Positions 16,686 to 26,129 of a stretch of 44,966 bases of DNA are shown here, in pieces. The notes under the pieces are model-generated. The model saw only the letters and a program-made list of their open reading frames with translations, ran no database searches and was not told the DNA's origin. The DNA is from a virus. Numbering within the stretch: the first letter of the stretch is position 1; every line of letters begins with the position of its first letter. The stretch is from the IMG/VR virus record IMGVR_UViG_3300045988_027444; one strand, 5' to 3'. The translations under genes and the position numbers were made by a program.

Positions 16686-17907
16686 GCTCTACACAAAACG
16701 GCAGTTAGATGTGCTGAATTATATCTGGAATCATGACTGGTTTATATGCGGACTCCACGGTGCTAAACGTGCAGGTAAGACCGTGGTTAACAATGATACA
16801 TTCGTAACTGAGTTAAGCCGTGTCAGAAAGATTGCTGATCGCTTGGGCGTGGATGAACCTATCTATATCCTAGCGGGTACATCGTCAACGGCAATACAAA
16901 ATAACGTGCTGCAAGAGCTTTATAACAAATACGGCTTTGAGCCTAAGTATGACAAGCATGGATCTTTCGTATTTTGTGGTGTCAAGGTCGTACAAGTCTA
17001 TACTGGCTCTATATCTGGGCTTAAGCGTGCCCGTGGCTTTACGGCTTTCGGAGCTTACGTCAATGAGGCGTCGCTAGCAAACGAGATTGTTTTCAAAGAG
17101 ATTATCTCACGTTGTTCTGGTGAAGGTGCCCGTGTCGTGTGGGATAGTAACCCAGACAATCCTAATCATTGGCTGAATCGAGACTATATTGGTAAGAATG
17201 ACGGTAAGATTATAGATTTCAGCTTCAAGCTTGACGATAATACCTTTCTATCAAAACGCTACATTGACTCTATCAAGGCAGCAACACCCAAAGGTAAGTT
17301 CTATGACCGGGATATTTTAGGCAAGTGGACTGTTGCAGAGGGTGCTATCTATGCTGATTATGACAGCGAGATACACGTAGTTGATGAGTTACCAGACATG
17401 AGGCGCTACTTTGCAGGGATTGACTGGGGGTATACTCACTATGGATCTATTGTGATTGTCGGTGAAGGCGTGGATAATAACTACTATCTTGTTGATGGCG
17501 TAGCATCTCAATTCAAAGAAATTGACTGGTGGGTGGAGCAAGCTAGGAAACTAACTGACATCTACGGCAACACCCCATTCTATGCTGATAGCGCCCGTCC
17601 AGAGCACGTAGCACGATTTGACAATGAGGGTTTTGATATCAGTAATGCTAATAAGTCAGTGATTGCTGGTATCGAACTTATCGCTAAGCTGTTCAAAGAA
17701 CAAAAATTATACGTTAAGCGAGACTTTGTGCCTCGTTTTTTTGATGAGATATTCCAGTATCGATGGAAAGAGAACAGCGCAAGAGATGAGCCGTTGAAAG
17801 AGTTTGATGACGTGCTGGATAGTGTGAGATATGCGCTCTATTCAGACTATGTTGTTAACAGCACAGAGCGAGCAAGTTATGATGATTTGATTGATATGTT
17901 TAGCTAA
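16672..17907 (+). CDS. terL: Terminase large subunit (PBSX/Terminase_3-like, headful type)
   Basis: Walker A GAKRAGKT, a C-terminal nuclease region, and position after terS. Confidence 0.9.
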   Translation: MDLSKLYTKRQLDVLNYIWNHDWFICGLHGAKRAGKTVVNNDTFVTELSRVRKIADRLGVDEPIYILAGTSSTAIQNNVLQELYNKYGFEPKYDKHGSFVFCGVKVVQVYTGSISGLKRARGFTAFGAYVNEASLANEIVFKEIISRCSGEGARVVWDSNPDNPNHWLNRDYIGKNDGKIIDFSFKLDDNTFLSKRYIDSIKAATPKGKFYDRDILGKWTVAEGAIYADYDSEIHVVDELPDMRRYFAGIDWGYTHYGSIVIVGEGVDNNYYLVDGVASQFKEIDWWVEQARKLTDIYGNTPFYADSARPEHVARFDNEGFDISNANKSVIAGIELIAKLFKEQKLYVKRDFVPRFFDEIFQYRWKENSARDEPLKEFDDVLDSVRYALYSDYVVNSTERASYDDLIDMFS

Positions 17908-17916
17908 GGAGGAAGA

Positions 17917-19422
17917 ATGGAACAGACAGTATTTGTCGATAGTATCGGACAATCGCATGTTTTGAATCTGCGATTTCATCGAGAATCACGCACAAAGTAC
18001 CGTGCTAAAAGTGTTGATGACTTAAAGAAAGACAACTGGGCATTGCTCAAGAATTTCATTAACCATCACAAGTTGCGTCAACGCCCAAGAGTTCAGGAAT
18101 TGTTTGATTATGCTAAAGGAGATAATCACAGTGTTCTCGAGGCTGGGAGACGTAGAGATAAAGAGATGTCTGACAAACGTGCCGTCCACAACTATGGACG
18201 CATGATTAGTAAATTTAAGACGGGATATCTAGCTGGTAATCCTATTCGGGTTGAATATGACGATAGTGTCAGTGGTTCGCAAAACGACGAAGCTATTAAG
18301 GAAATCGGACGAAACAATGACATTGATACGCTGAACCGCAACCTTATCCGGGATTTGTCGCAAGTTGGGCGTGCTTACGAGCTGATTTATCGAAGTGAGG
18401 ACGACCAGACACGAATTAAACAGTTAAGCCCTCTTAATACGTTTATTATTTATGACAATTCGCTCGAAGACAATTCATTAGTAGCAGTTAGATACTACAG
18501 TGCTGATTTATTCTCTGACGCACATCAAACCGTTGAAGTGTATACCTCATCAAATATTCACGTATTGGATTACTCAGAAGATCTAAAAGAGGTTTCTGTC
18601 ACTGCTCACGCTTTTGGCACAGTTCCAATCACGGAGTATTTGAACAACACTGATGGCATTGGCGATTATGAAACCGAACTTTATTTAATCGACTTATATG
18701 ATTCAGCTGAATCTGACACGGCCAATCACATGTCCGACATGGCTGACGCAATCCTTGCCATCTATGGCGATATGCGATTGCCTGCAAACATGAAGCCTGA
18801 AGATATGAAAACTAAACGCTTAATGCAATTGGTTCCACCGAAGGCTGCGGATGGTAAGGAAGGGACGGTTAAGGCTGAATATCTAACTAAGTCTTACGAT
18901 GTGTCTGGTGTCGAAGCGTACAAGACCAGACTGGATAAAGATATTCATACTTTTACCAACACACCCGATATGGCTGACGAGAATTTTTCAGGCAACACGT
19001 CCGGCGAGGCAATGAAGTACAAACTGTTTGGACTTGACCAAGATCGTATCGAGACTCAATCGCAATTTACAAAGGGTTTGAAGCGTCGATATCGTTTAGC
19101 TAGCCGTGTTGGTGAGTTGGTCAAAGAATTCAAAGCGTTTGACGAAAACTTCTTGAGAATAACATTCACGCCGAATCTGCCGAAATCACTATCCGAGCAA
19201 GTATCTATTTTGACAGGCCTTGGTGGTCAAGTGTCACAAGAAACTGCTCTTAGCCTATCTGGGTTGGTCGAGAGCCCAGCCGAGGAACTCGACAGAGTGG
19301 ATAAAGAGGCGTCTAAAATCGATTTTAAGGGGTATTCTAGCGAGTTTAACGGGCAAGTGGGTAAATATGCCGACGACGAAGAAGAAACGCATACGAGCGA
19401 TTCTGTGAGGTCTGATGAATGA
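17917..19422 (+). CDS. Portal protein (SPP1 gp6-like)
   Basis: Size, position after terL, and an acidic C-terminus. Confidence 0.85.
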   Translation: MEQTVFVDSIGQSHVLNLRFHRESRTKYRAKSVDDLKKDNWALLKNFINHHKLRQRPRVQELFDYAKGDNHSVLEAGRRRDKEMSDKRAVHNYGRMISKFKTGYLAGNPIRVEYDDSVSGSQNDEAIKEIGRNNDIDTLNRNLIRDLSQVGRAYELIYRSEDDQTRIKQLSPLNTFIIYDNSLEDNSLVAVRYYSADLFSDAHQTVEVYTSSNIHVLDYSEDLKEVSVTAHAFGTVPITEYLNNTDGIGDYETELYLIDLYDSAESDTANHMSDMADAILAIYGDMRLPANMKPEDMKTKRLMQLVPPKAADGKEGTVKAEYLTKSYDVSGVEAYKTRLDKDIHTFTNTPDMADENFSGNTSGEAMKYKLFGLDQDRIETQSQFTKGLKRRYRLASRVGELVKEFKAFDENFLRITFTPNLPKSLSEQVSILTGLGGQVSQETALSLSGLVESPAEELDRVDKEASKIDFKGYSSEFNGQVGKYADDEEETHTSDSVRSDE

Positions 19423-20735
19423 CGTATTGGTCAGGACGTGCTCAAAAAGAACGAGAAGCGAGCAATAAAAAGGGTGAAGCTGAGTTTAAGAAAGAACTTG
19501 AAGCGCTATATAATTTGCAACTTTCACAGTTGCGAAAAGAACTAGATGCTTATATCCAAAATTTCGCTGACAAAAACGGATTAACCGCTAGTGATGCGAA
19601 ACGAAGAGCAGACAGTTTTGATATCAAGGCTTTTGAAGCTAAAGCCAAACAGTATGTAGCTGACAAAGATTTTAGCCCAAAGGCAAACAAGGAGCTTCGA
19701 GATTACAATTTTTCTATGTCTGTTGGTCGTCAAGAACTTCTTATTCAAGAGTTAGAACTTGAACTATTGGTTTTATCTGAAGGCGAACGTCAATTAACTA
19801 ACGATTATCTGACGAATGGCTATAAGAGCGAAATTGTAAGAGGAAGCCTGCTTGACCAGACAGTACCTAGCAAAAAAATACTTGAAAAGTATATGACGAC
19901 GGCTGTTAACGCTAATTTCGAAGGCGCTAAATGGTCGGAGCGTATCTGGAAGAGACAGGAACAGTTGCGCAATTTGGTAAAAACGGAAGTGACCAGGGCT
20001 CTTATTCGAGGGGAGAACGGCACAACCATCGCTCAGAGAATCCGCAAATACATGGATGTCTCTCGCACTGACGCTGAACGATTGGCAATCACGGAACATG
20101 CTAGAGTTCAGACACTAGCGCAGCAAGATATCATGAAAGAGAATGGCTTCGAGTATTTCAAACTCATGCCAGAATCGAGAGCTTGCGATTATTGCAAACA
20201 AGTTGGTCGTGATACTGAGAGAGAACCCGTCCCGGTTGATAAGATGGAGAGCGGGCTAAACGCCCCACCGATGCACCCGTACTGTCGTTGTGCGGTTGCC
20301 GAAGTGTATGTGGAAGATGGTATGACTAGACTTTATCGAAACAAAGATAGCAATAAGCGTAGACCTATCAATATAGTTAGGCAAAACCATTTAACCAAAG
20401 ATTTTAGAAAGCGTGGCGGTGTTGTCTGGCAGGACGATGAAGCAGAACGTTATCTAAAATCTCAAAAAGCTGCTGCGATGAACCTAAATGCAGAAATAAT
20501 CGTTTTGCAAAAAAAGGCGACGATTTCCGAGGTATTGGAGGAGCTCTACCACGCTGAACAATGGAAAGATGGGCGCCTAGTTGACGAGCCAGTTTCAAAA
20601 ATCAAAGCAGAGATAGAGGCGCAGAATTATTTACTTTCTGTATCAAAGAGGTATAATATACCTAGAAATGAGATTGAACAGACTAAAAACAACTTAAAAT
20701 ATTGGAAGGAGGAGTTAAAAAAATATGAAAATTAA
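19419..20735 (+). CDS. MuF/SPP1 gp7-like head morphogenesis protein with a ~140-aa C-terminal extension
   Basis: NAPPMHPYCRCAV is the hallmark of the MuF domain, at about residue 290. About 140 further residues follow it. Confidence 0.8.
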   Translation: MTYWSGRAQKEREASNKKGEAEFKKELEALYNLQLSQLRKELDAYIQNFADKNGLTASDAKRRADSFDIKAFEAKAKQYVADKDFSPKANKELRDYNFSMSVGRQELLIQELELELLVLSEGERQLTNDYLTNGYKSEIVRGSLLDQTVPSKKILEKYMTTAVNANFEGAKWSERIWKRQEQLRNLVKTEVTRALIRGENGTTIAQRIRKYMDVSRTDAERLAITEHARVQTLAQQDIMKENGFEYFKLMPESRACDYCKQVGRDTEREPVPVDKMESGLNAPPMHPYCRCAVAEVYVEDGMTRLYRNKDSNKRRPINIVRQNHLTKDFRKRGGVVWQDDEAERYLKSQKAAAMNLNAEIIVLQKKATISEVLEELYHAEQWKDGRLVDEPVSKIKAEIEAQNYLLSVSKRYNIPRNEIEQTKNNLKYWKEELKKYEN

Positions 20736-20937
20736 AGCGATTACTCAAGCCCCGTTTGGGACTATTGTAAGTTTAGATAAGCCGATTTCTGGTGCGCTTG
20801 GTGGTCTGTTAACAACGGACGACACCGTCTTTCATAAAATAAAAGGCACTCCATCTGATATCTGGACTGAATTTTTGATCAACAAGACAGATTTGTTAAA
20901 AGCTGGCCAAGAAGTAAAAGTTGTCTTAGAAAGGTAA
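20725..20937 (+). CDS. Small hypothetical protein, 70 aa, overlapping the MuF stop
   Basis: ATG 20725 follows GGAGGAG. It sits between MuF and the scaffold gene. Confidence 0.55.
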   Translation: MKIKAITQAPFGTIVSLDKPISGALGGLLTTDDTVFHKIKGTPSDIWTEFLINKTDLLKAGQEVKVVLER

Positions 20938-20962
20938 ATCAGATTAATGAAATAAATAAAAA

Positions 20963-20985
20963 AGTCGTAGCAATACGGCTTTTTC
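20963..20985 (+). terminator. Weak bidirectional hairpin terminator
   Basis: agtcgta-gcaa-tacggct forms a 7-bp stem with one G.U pair. It is flanked by an A-run and TTTT. Confidence 0.4.
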
Positions 20986-20987
20986 TT

Positions 20988-21045
20988 ATGCGCTGATAGC
21001 CGTGCTAGCCAAGGGGCTTGGGGGTTCGATACCTCGTCAGCGCAT
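20988..21045 (+). ncRNA. tRNA-like structured element (acceptor-like stem plus T-arm-like hairpin, no anticodon arm)
   Basis: atgcgctga/tcagcgcat is a perfect 9-bp closing stem. Inside it are ccaag-ggg-cttgg and ggggTTCGATAcctc. At 55-58 nt it is too short for a real tRNA. Confidence 0.25.
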
Positions 21046-21184
21046 AGGGCTAATTTAAGCCCTAAATAAACAATACTAGCGTGGCTCGTGGGTAAACACC
21101 CTAGACAAGACTAGAGAGGGCGTAGCTAGCCCTTATCGTGGCTTAGAAAAGGGCGCTACTCATGAGACTAGGTAGGAGGAAACT

Positions 21185-21775
21185 ATGGAACAAGATAACA
21201 CTATCGAGACTAACGGACAAAAAGAGAGTCGCCAAGACCAAGGGCAAGGGAACAACCCAACCCCTGCGAGCGACTTCAAAGCACCGGGTTCTCAATCTGA
21301 ATTAGATAGCATGATTAACAAAGCGGTACAGACTGCTTTGAACAACAGAGACAAGGGTGAACAAGAGCGTACAGCTCAAGCAGTAGCCGATGCCTTACAA
21401 AAAGAGAAAGATTATGCCAATCTATCAGCTCAAGATCGAGCTAAAAAAGAGTTCGAGGATCAGCAAAAGAGCTTTGAGAAGGAACGTGCTGCGTTCGAGC
21501 ATGAAAAGCTTGTTGTTGCTGTTGAGAAAGATTTGGTAGCTAAAGGCTTGCCTAGTGCATTGGCTGAGACATTCGCAATGGCTGGCAACGCCGAAGATGC
21601 ACTTAAAGCAGTGACTGAGTTCGAAACAGTATTTAATAATGCAGTTGCTGAAGAAGTTAAGAAAACTATTCGACAAAATGCACCTCAAGCATCAGCGGAT
21701 GGCATTTCTAACACAGACAATTACGGTTCTCGCTTAGCTCAAAAAGCTGTCCGTTCGTCAGGTAAGATTATCTAG
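21185..21775 (+). CDS. Capsid scaffolding protein (DUF4355-like)
   Basis: Charged, helical, Ala/Glu/Lys-rich protein immediately upstream of the decoration and capsid genes. Confidence 0.7.
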   Translation: MEQDNTIETNGQKESRQDQGQGNNPTPASDFKAPGSQSELDSMINKAVQTALNNRDKGEQERTAQAVADALQKEKDYANLSAQDRAKKEFEDQQKSFEKERAAFEHEKLVVAVEKDLVAKGLPSALAETFAMAGNAEDALKAVTEFETVFNNAVAEEVKKTIRQNAPQASADGISNTDNYGSRLAQKAVRSSGKII

Positions 21776-21798
21776 CCAACAATTAGAAAGGAATTTTT

Positions 21799-22170
21799 AT
21801 GTCAGTAAAAAAAGTACTTGACACAAGTAACATTCTACGTTCTTTACCTTACAAAGCTGTCACTGCCACAGTTGATAAAAATTTTGCTGGTGTTGACGTA
21901 GACGGCAAGAAGTACATTAAAGCTGGTACTTTAGTAGCTGGTAAAGGTGGGTCAATTTTCGATGACCGCTCTAAACCAGTAGAAGAGAACAAGACGGCAC
22001 CAGAAGGAATCGTTCTATACGATGCAGACTTGTCTGTTGATAAAACGGTATCTGTTTTGTACGCTGGTGAGGTTTGGAAAGAAGCAGTTAACGGTGGTAC
22101 AGTTGACGACGCTATTAAAACAGCGTTGCCACTCGTTAAATTTATTGCAGGAAAAGGAGGCAATGCTTAA
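21799..22170 (+). CDS. Putative head decoration protein
   Basis: 123 aa, directly upstream of a gpE-like capsid gene, as in the lambda gpD/gpE arrangement. The sequence call is weak. Confidence 0.45.
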   Translation: MSVKKVLDTSNILRSLPYKAVTATVDKNFAGVDVDGKKYIKAGTLVAGKGGSIFDDRSKPVEENKTAPEGIVLYDADLSVDKTVSVLYAGEVWKEAVNGGTVDDAIKTALPLVKFIAGKGGNA

Positions 22171-23216
22171 TGGGTCTTATTTATGACACGGTAACAGCAT
22201 CTAATATCGCTGGATATTTCAACACATCACAATTAGATGTGGATTCTACGCTTGGAGAACGCATTTTCCCAGCACGCAAACAACTTGGGACTAAATTGTC
22301 TTACATCAAAGGTTCTTCAGGGCGTGCGGTTGTCTTGAAGCCAGCAGCATTCGACACTAATGTCACTATTCGTGAGCGTGTGGGCGCTGAAATCCATGAC
22401 GAACAAATGCCATTCTTCAAAGAAGCTATGTTAGTCAAAGAAGCTGACCGTCAACAACTTAACTTAATCGCTGGATCTAACAACACTGGTTTGATTGAGA
22501 CTGTTACACAAGGCATTTTCAACGACGAAATGACACTTATCCAAGGTGCCCGTGCTCGTTTGGAATCTATGCGCATGCAAGCTCTCGCAACTGGTAAGAT
22601 TGCGTTTGTCAATGAAGGAAAAAATGTTGATATTGACTATGGCGTTAAAGACGACCACAAGAAAACAGTTGCAAAAGACTGGACGCAAGCAACAGCAACA
22701 CCTCTTGCGGACCTCGAAGAAGCAATCGAAACAGCTCAAAGCCTTGGCTTGATGCCAGAAATTGCTATCATGAATGCCAAAACGTTTAGCTTGATTCGTA
22801 AATCAGAATCTACGGTCAAAATCATCAAGCCTCTTGCAGCTTCAGGAACAACAGTTACCAAAGCCGAGGTTGAAGCGTATATTTTGGACAATTTTGGTGT
22901 AACGATTCTCTTGGAAAACGGCACTTACCGAAATGACAAAGGGGAAATTAGCAAATTCTATCCAGACGGTCATTTGACTTTGGTTCCAAACGGTTCATTG
23001 GGTTCTACTGTTTTCGGTACAACTCCAGAAGAGTCAGATTTGCAGTCTGGTGACACCCCAGGGGCACAAGTTGAAGTGGTTGACCAAGGTATTGCGATTA
23101 CGACCACTAAAACAACTGATCCAGTTAATGTTCAAACCAAAGTATCGATGATTGCGTTGCCTTCATTCGAACGTTTGGATGACTGTTATATGCTTACTGT
23201 CATTCCAGTAGCGTAG
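22170..23216 (+). CDS. Major capsid protein (lambda gpE-like family)
   Basis: 348 aa. The N-terminal region (...GERIFPARKQLGTKLSYIKG...) is typical of the gpE family. Confidence 0.85.
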   Translation: MGLIYDTVTASNIAGYFNTSQLDVDSTLGERIFPARKQLGTKLSYIKGSSGRAVVLKPAAFDTNVTIRERVGAEIHDEQMPFFKEAMLVKEADRQQLNLIAGSNNTGLIETVTQGIFNDEMTLIQGARARLESMRMQALATGKIAFVNEGKNVDIDYGVKDDHKKTVAKDWTQATATPLADLEEAIETAQSLGLMPEIAIMNAKTFSLIRKSESTVKIIKPLAASGTTVTKAEVEAYILDNFGVTILLENGTYRNDKGEISKFYPDGHLTLVPNGSLGSTVFGTTPEESDLQSGDTPGAQVEVVDQGIAITTTKTTDPVNVQTKVSMIALPSFERLDDCYMLTVIPVA

Positions 23217-23232
23217 TTTGAAAGGAGTAGCT

Positions 23233-23412
23233 ATGACTAAAGTTTTAAAAGCGTTTCAGGATAAAACCGACGGCATTATTTACTATGCCGGTGACGATTA
23301 TGCCGGTGAACGTGTCGAAGAGCTTGTTGAAGCAGGTTTCCTTGAGGCTGAAGCTGAAGAGAAACCAAAAAAAGCAAGTCCCAAAAAAACGACAGATAAC
23401 ACTGAAGAGTGA
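23233..23412 (+). CDS. Small acidic/lysine-rich protein, 59 aa
   Basis: ATG 23233 follows AAAGGAG. The tracked TTG start lies inside the RBS. Confidence 0.5.
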   Translation: MTKVLKAFQDKTDGIIYYAGDDYAGERVEELVEAGFLEAEAEEKPKKASPKKTTDNTEE

Positions 23413-23423
23413 GGAGGTCTAGC

Positions 23424-23780
23424 ATGGCTGAATTAGATCGAGAAAAGGTCCTAGATAATGTCATGCTGGACCTTGAGATTTCAAAAGATGACGACGATAG
23501 CATTGACCTCTTAAGGGTATTGCTAAACAGAGTAATCAGTCATTTTAAAGCAGAATATGCCGTTGTCAATATTGACGATGGTTTTTCTTTTATTTTCGAA
23601 GATTGCGTTATTAAACGCTTCAATCGTCGAGGAGCTGAAGGGGCTAAAACCGAGACGGTAGATGGTCACTCAATGTCTTATTACGACAATGAGAACGAAT
23701 TCAAGCCATATGATAATATGCTTCAAAGAACATTCGGAACCTCTGGACAATCGAAGGAAGGGAGCGTGTTGTTTCTATGA
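23424..23780 (+). CDS. Head-tail connector (gp6-like DNA-packaging/connector protein)
   Basis: ATG follows GAGGAGG. Position and N-terminal helical pattern. Confidence 0.65.
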   Translation: MAELDREKVLDNVMLDLEISKDDDDSIDLLRVLLNRVISHFKAEYAVVNIDDGFSFIFEDCVIKRFNRRGAEGAKTETVDGHSMSYYDNENEFKPYDNMLQRTFGTSGQSKEGSVLFL

Positions 23781-24094
23781 GATACACAGATACTGTGATA
23801 CTCAAATATCAAAACGATAAGACACCGAAACGATACGACCCTACCCTTGGTCGTATGGTCGGAGGGAAAGACTGGTCCAAAGAAGTTAAGTGCAATGTAA
23901 CTGGCGCAAGCTTAGACCTTCAAGCTAAGCTGGGAGGTTTGCTAAATGCTACGAGCTTGGTTGTTCGTTTCAGAAGCCCTGTGACAGTATCCGTGACTTC
24001 CGTTGAATATCGTGGTAACAAATACATTCCAGTAACCGCTAGAGGATATCTAGCTGGAAGAAGTGTTTTGTACGTTAATAAGGCGGTGAAGTAA
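23777..24094 (+). CDS. Head closure / head-tail adaptor protein
   Basis: Synteny and size (105 aa). Confidence 0.55.
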   Translation: MRYTDTVILKYQNDKTPKRYDPTLGRMVGGKDWSKEVKCNVTGASLDLQAKLGGLLNATSLVVRFRSPVTVSVTSVEYRGNKYIPVTARGYLAGRSVLYVNKAVK

Positions 24095-24095
24095 T

Positions 24096-24434
24096 ATGGC
24101 TACGCTTACGTTTTATGGACTAGATGAAATGAGCCAATCCTTGTTGAAAAACGTCAATCCAGAACGACGTCAACGAGTTTTGAAAAAATACGGCAGTAAA
24201 TTAAAAGAGAACGCAATTAGCAAGGCACAATTCAGCGGTAAATATACCACTGGCGCAACACGTCGCTCGATTACTCTTGAAGCTGGGGGCGATAGAGCTG
24301 TTGTGACGGCTCATACAAAATATTCTGGGTACCTTGAAGTAGGCACTCGGAAGATGGCAGCGCAACCTTTCATGGCTCCTGCACTAGAAGCGACTGTCCC
24401 TGGAATGGTCGAGGAATTAGCTAAATGGGAGTAG
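24096..24434 (+). CDS. HK97 gp10-like tail component
   Basis: The SGYLEVGTRKMAAQPFMAPALE motif is typical of the gp10 family. Confidence 0.7.
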   Translation: MATLTFYGLDEMSQSLLKNVNPERRQRVLKKYGSKLKENAISKAQFSGKYTTGATRRSITLEAGGDRAVVTAHTKYSGYLEVGTRKMAAQPFMAPALEATVPGMVEELAKWE

Positions 24435-24436
24435 AT

Positions 24437-24823
24437 ATGAAACAACCAGACCAATTACTACATGACGAGCTCTTTCGAATTAGTGAGGGACTCGGTTTCG
24501 CTACTTATCCTTACCTTCCGTCAGACAGTGCATCTTATCCATTTGTTGTTATGGGCGAAATTCAAACATTGCCCAGAGCTACAAAGTCGCGCTTGATAGG
24601 TCGCTTGTCGTCAACCGTCCATGTTTGGGGACGAGTAGATGACCGTAAACAGTTATCTGATATGGTTGGACAGTTATTGTCTAGCTATTTTGCTATCAAA
24701 AATATCGATGGGATGCACTTCTCGGCGGAAGTCAATGAGTCGTCAATTGATTCTAACCGTGATAACAGCACTGACGAAGAGCTTTATCACTTCATTATTT
24801 ATTTATTTTACAAATTCTACTAA
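24437..24823 (+). CDS. Tail completion protein
   Basis: Synteny. Start at MKQPDQ, immediately after the upstream stop. Confidence 0.55.
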   Translation: MKQPDQLLHDELFRISEGLGFATYPYLPSDSASYPFVVMGEIQTLPRATKSRLIGRLSSTVHVWGRVDDRKQLSDMVGQLLSSYFAIKNIDGMHFSAEVNESSIDSNRDNSTDEELYHFIIYLFYKFY

Positions 24824-24834
24824 GGAGGAAAAGC

Positions 24835-25341
24835 ATGGCTGATACAAACGTTAAAGAAGCACAGCTAGGTAAGAATAAAATCTTGATGTTCCGCAAATAC
24901 GGGGACACGAAAGCAGCAGCTAAATTGGCACTGCAAACAGAACATAAGTGGGAATATTCCCGCGATGCCGATACAACTAAAACCAAAGATGGTGCAGTTG
25001 TTGCCGATGGGGGTCTAGAAACAACCTTGTCGATTAACGCAATCGGGACTAAGGACGAAGTCAATGAAATGTTGAAACAGTCGGTAGTTGATGGATTCAA
25101 GGTCGAAGTTTGGGAAACCGATTTGACTGATAAGAGAACAAATGGGAAATATGGTTCGCTCTATGCAATCGGTCGCTTGTCTTCATGGGAAGTCCCAGCG
25201 AATGTTGAAGAGCTCGTAGAGATTGAAGCTGAAATGTCTATTGAAGGTAAGCCACAAGCTGGTGAAGCAACCCTGTCTGACGAGCAAATCAGAGAGATCC
25301 AATATACTTTCCAAGACACTACTGCTATTACTGGACATTGA
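24835..25341 (+). CDS. Major tail protein (phi13-family-like)
   Basis: Strong RBS AAGGAGGAA, 168 aa, followed by a terminator and the chaperone genes. Confidence 0.8.
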   Translation: MADTNVKEAQLGKNKILMFRKYGDTKAAAKLALQTEHKWEYSRDADTTKTKDGAVVADGGLETTLSINAIGTKDEVNEMLKQSVVDGFKVEVWETDLTDKRTNGKYGSLYAIGRLSSWEVPANVEELVEIEAEMSIEGKPQAGEATLSDEQIREIQYTFQDTTAITGH

Positions 25342-25355
25342 TAATTAAAACAGTT

Positions 25356-25380
25356 AGCGAGGGTTTACCTCGCTTTTTAT
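25356..25380 (+). terminator. Intrinsic terminator after the major tail gene
   Basis: agcgagg-gttta-cctcgct followed by TTTTT. Confidence 0.7.
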
Positions 25381-25401
25381 TTTTGAAAGGAAATTTAAAA
25401 C

Positions 25402-25761
25402 ATGAACACTATCACAATTAATGACAAAGACTATACTTTGAATTTTGGATTTGACTTCTTGCGAGTGCTCGACGAGCGCTACTCAATTAACCAAAACGGT
25501 GTGGCGTTTGGCTTTGGTGTACAGCATGCAGTGGTTGATTTGCAGCAAAAGAACCCACTTGTTCTGCTAGACCTCATTCAAGCAGGGACTGCTACAGAAC
25601 GTCAAAAACCATCTGTAGAAGGAATTGAGCGCTTCGTTGAACGTGAGGCTGAAAATGGACGATTGGATAACTTGTTCGAGGATTTTTTATCGCAATTGCA
25701 GAAGCAACCATTGACACGAGAAACAGCCAAACGAATGTTAGAGGCTCAAGAAGAAGCTTAG
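25402..25761 (+). CDS. Tail assembly chaperone (gpG-like)
   Basis: Position between the major tail and tape measure genes. Acidic C-terminus. Confidence 0.8.
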   Translation: MNTITINDKDYTLNFGFDFLRVLDERYSINQNGVAFGFGVQHAVVDLQQKNPLVLLDLIQAGTATERQKPSVEGIERFVEREAENGRLDNLFEDFLSQLQKQPLTRETAKRMLEAQEEA

Positions 25762-26129
25762 AAAACGTCAAGGGTTCAAAAGAGACCTACGAAGATTTAA
25801 TCACAAATTGCATGGCTAGGTATGAAACAACACTCCTAGAAGCTAGACGAATGACGCTGAATGAGTTGAGGTTGTATCAAAAAGCTTATGCGAAAAGATT
25901 TATTCAAGAGGAGAAGAAGCTTTATTTACAAGCCTTCTTAAATCGTAGTGTGAAGGCTACGAGCAAGGGCGGTAAGAAGTATGTCTTTAAGGAGTTTAAA
26001 GATTTTTATGACGAAGAACGTCGTGAAAAAGTCCTTCTCGGTGGTTCCGAGAAGGACAATAGGCATCTTATCCAGATAGCTAGACGAAACCTAGTGTTCA
26101 AAAGAGAGGAGGGGTTGTTAGATGGCTGA
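25402..26129 (+). CDS. Tail assembly chaperone G-T fusion, made by a -1 frameshift at 25683-25689
   Basis: The downstream ORF (tracked from 25812) is in the -1 frame relative to gpG. It is open back to the slippery site and ends at TGA 26127-26129, overlapping the tape-measure start. Confidence 0.7.
25683..25689 (+). promoter_or_regulatory. -1 programmed frameshift slippery heptamer T_TTT_TTA
   Basis: The zero frame reads ga[T TTT TTA]. I translated the -1 frame codon by codon from 25680 to ATG 25812 and found no stop. Confidence 0.7.
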
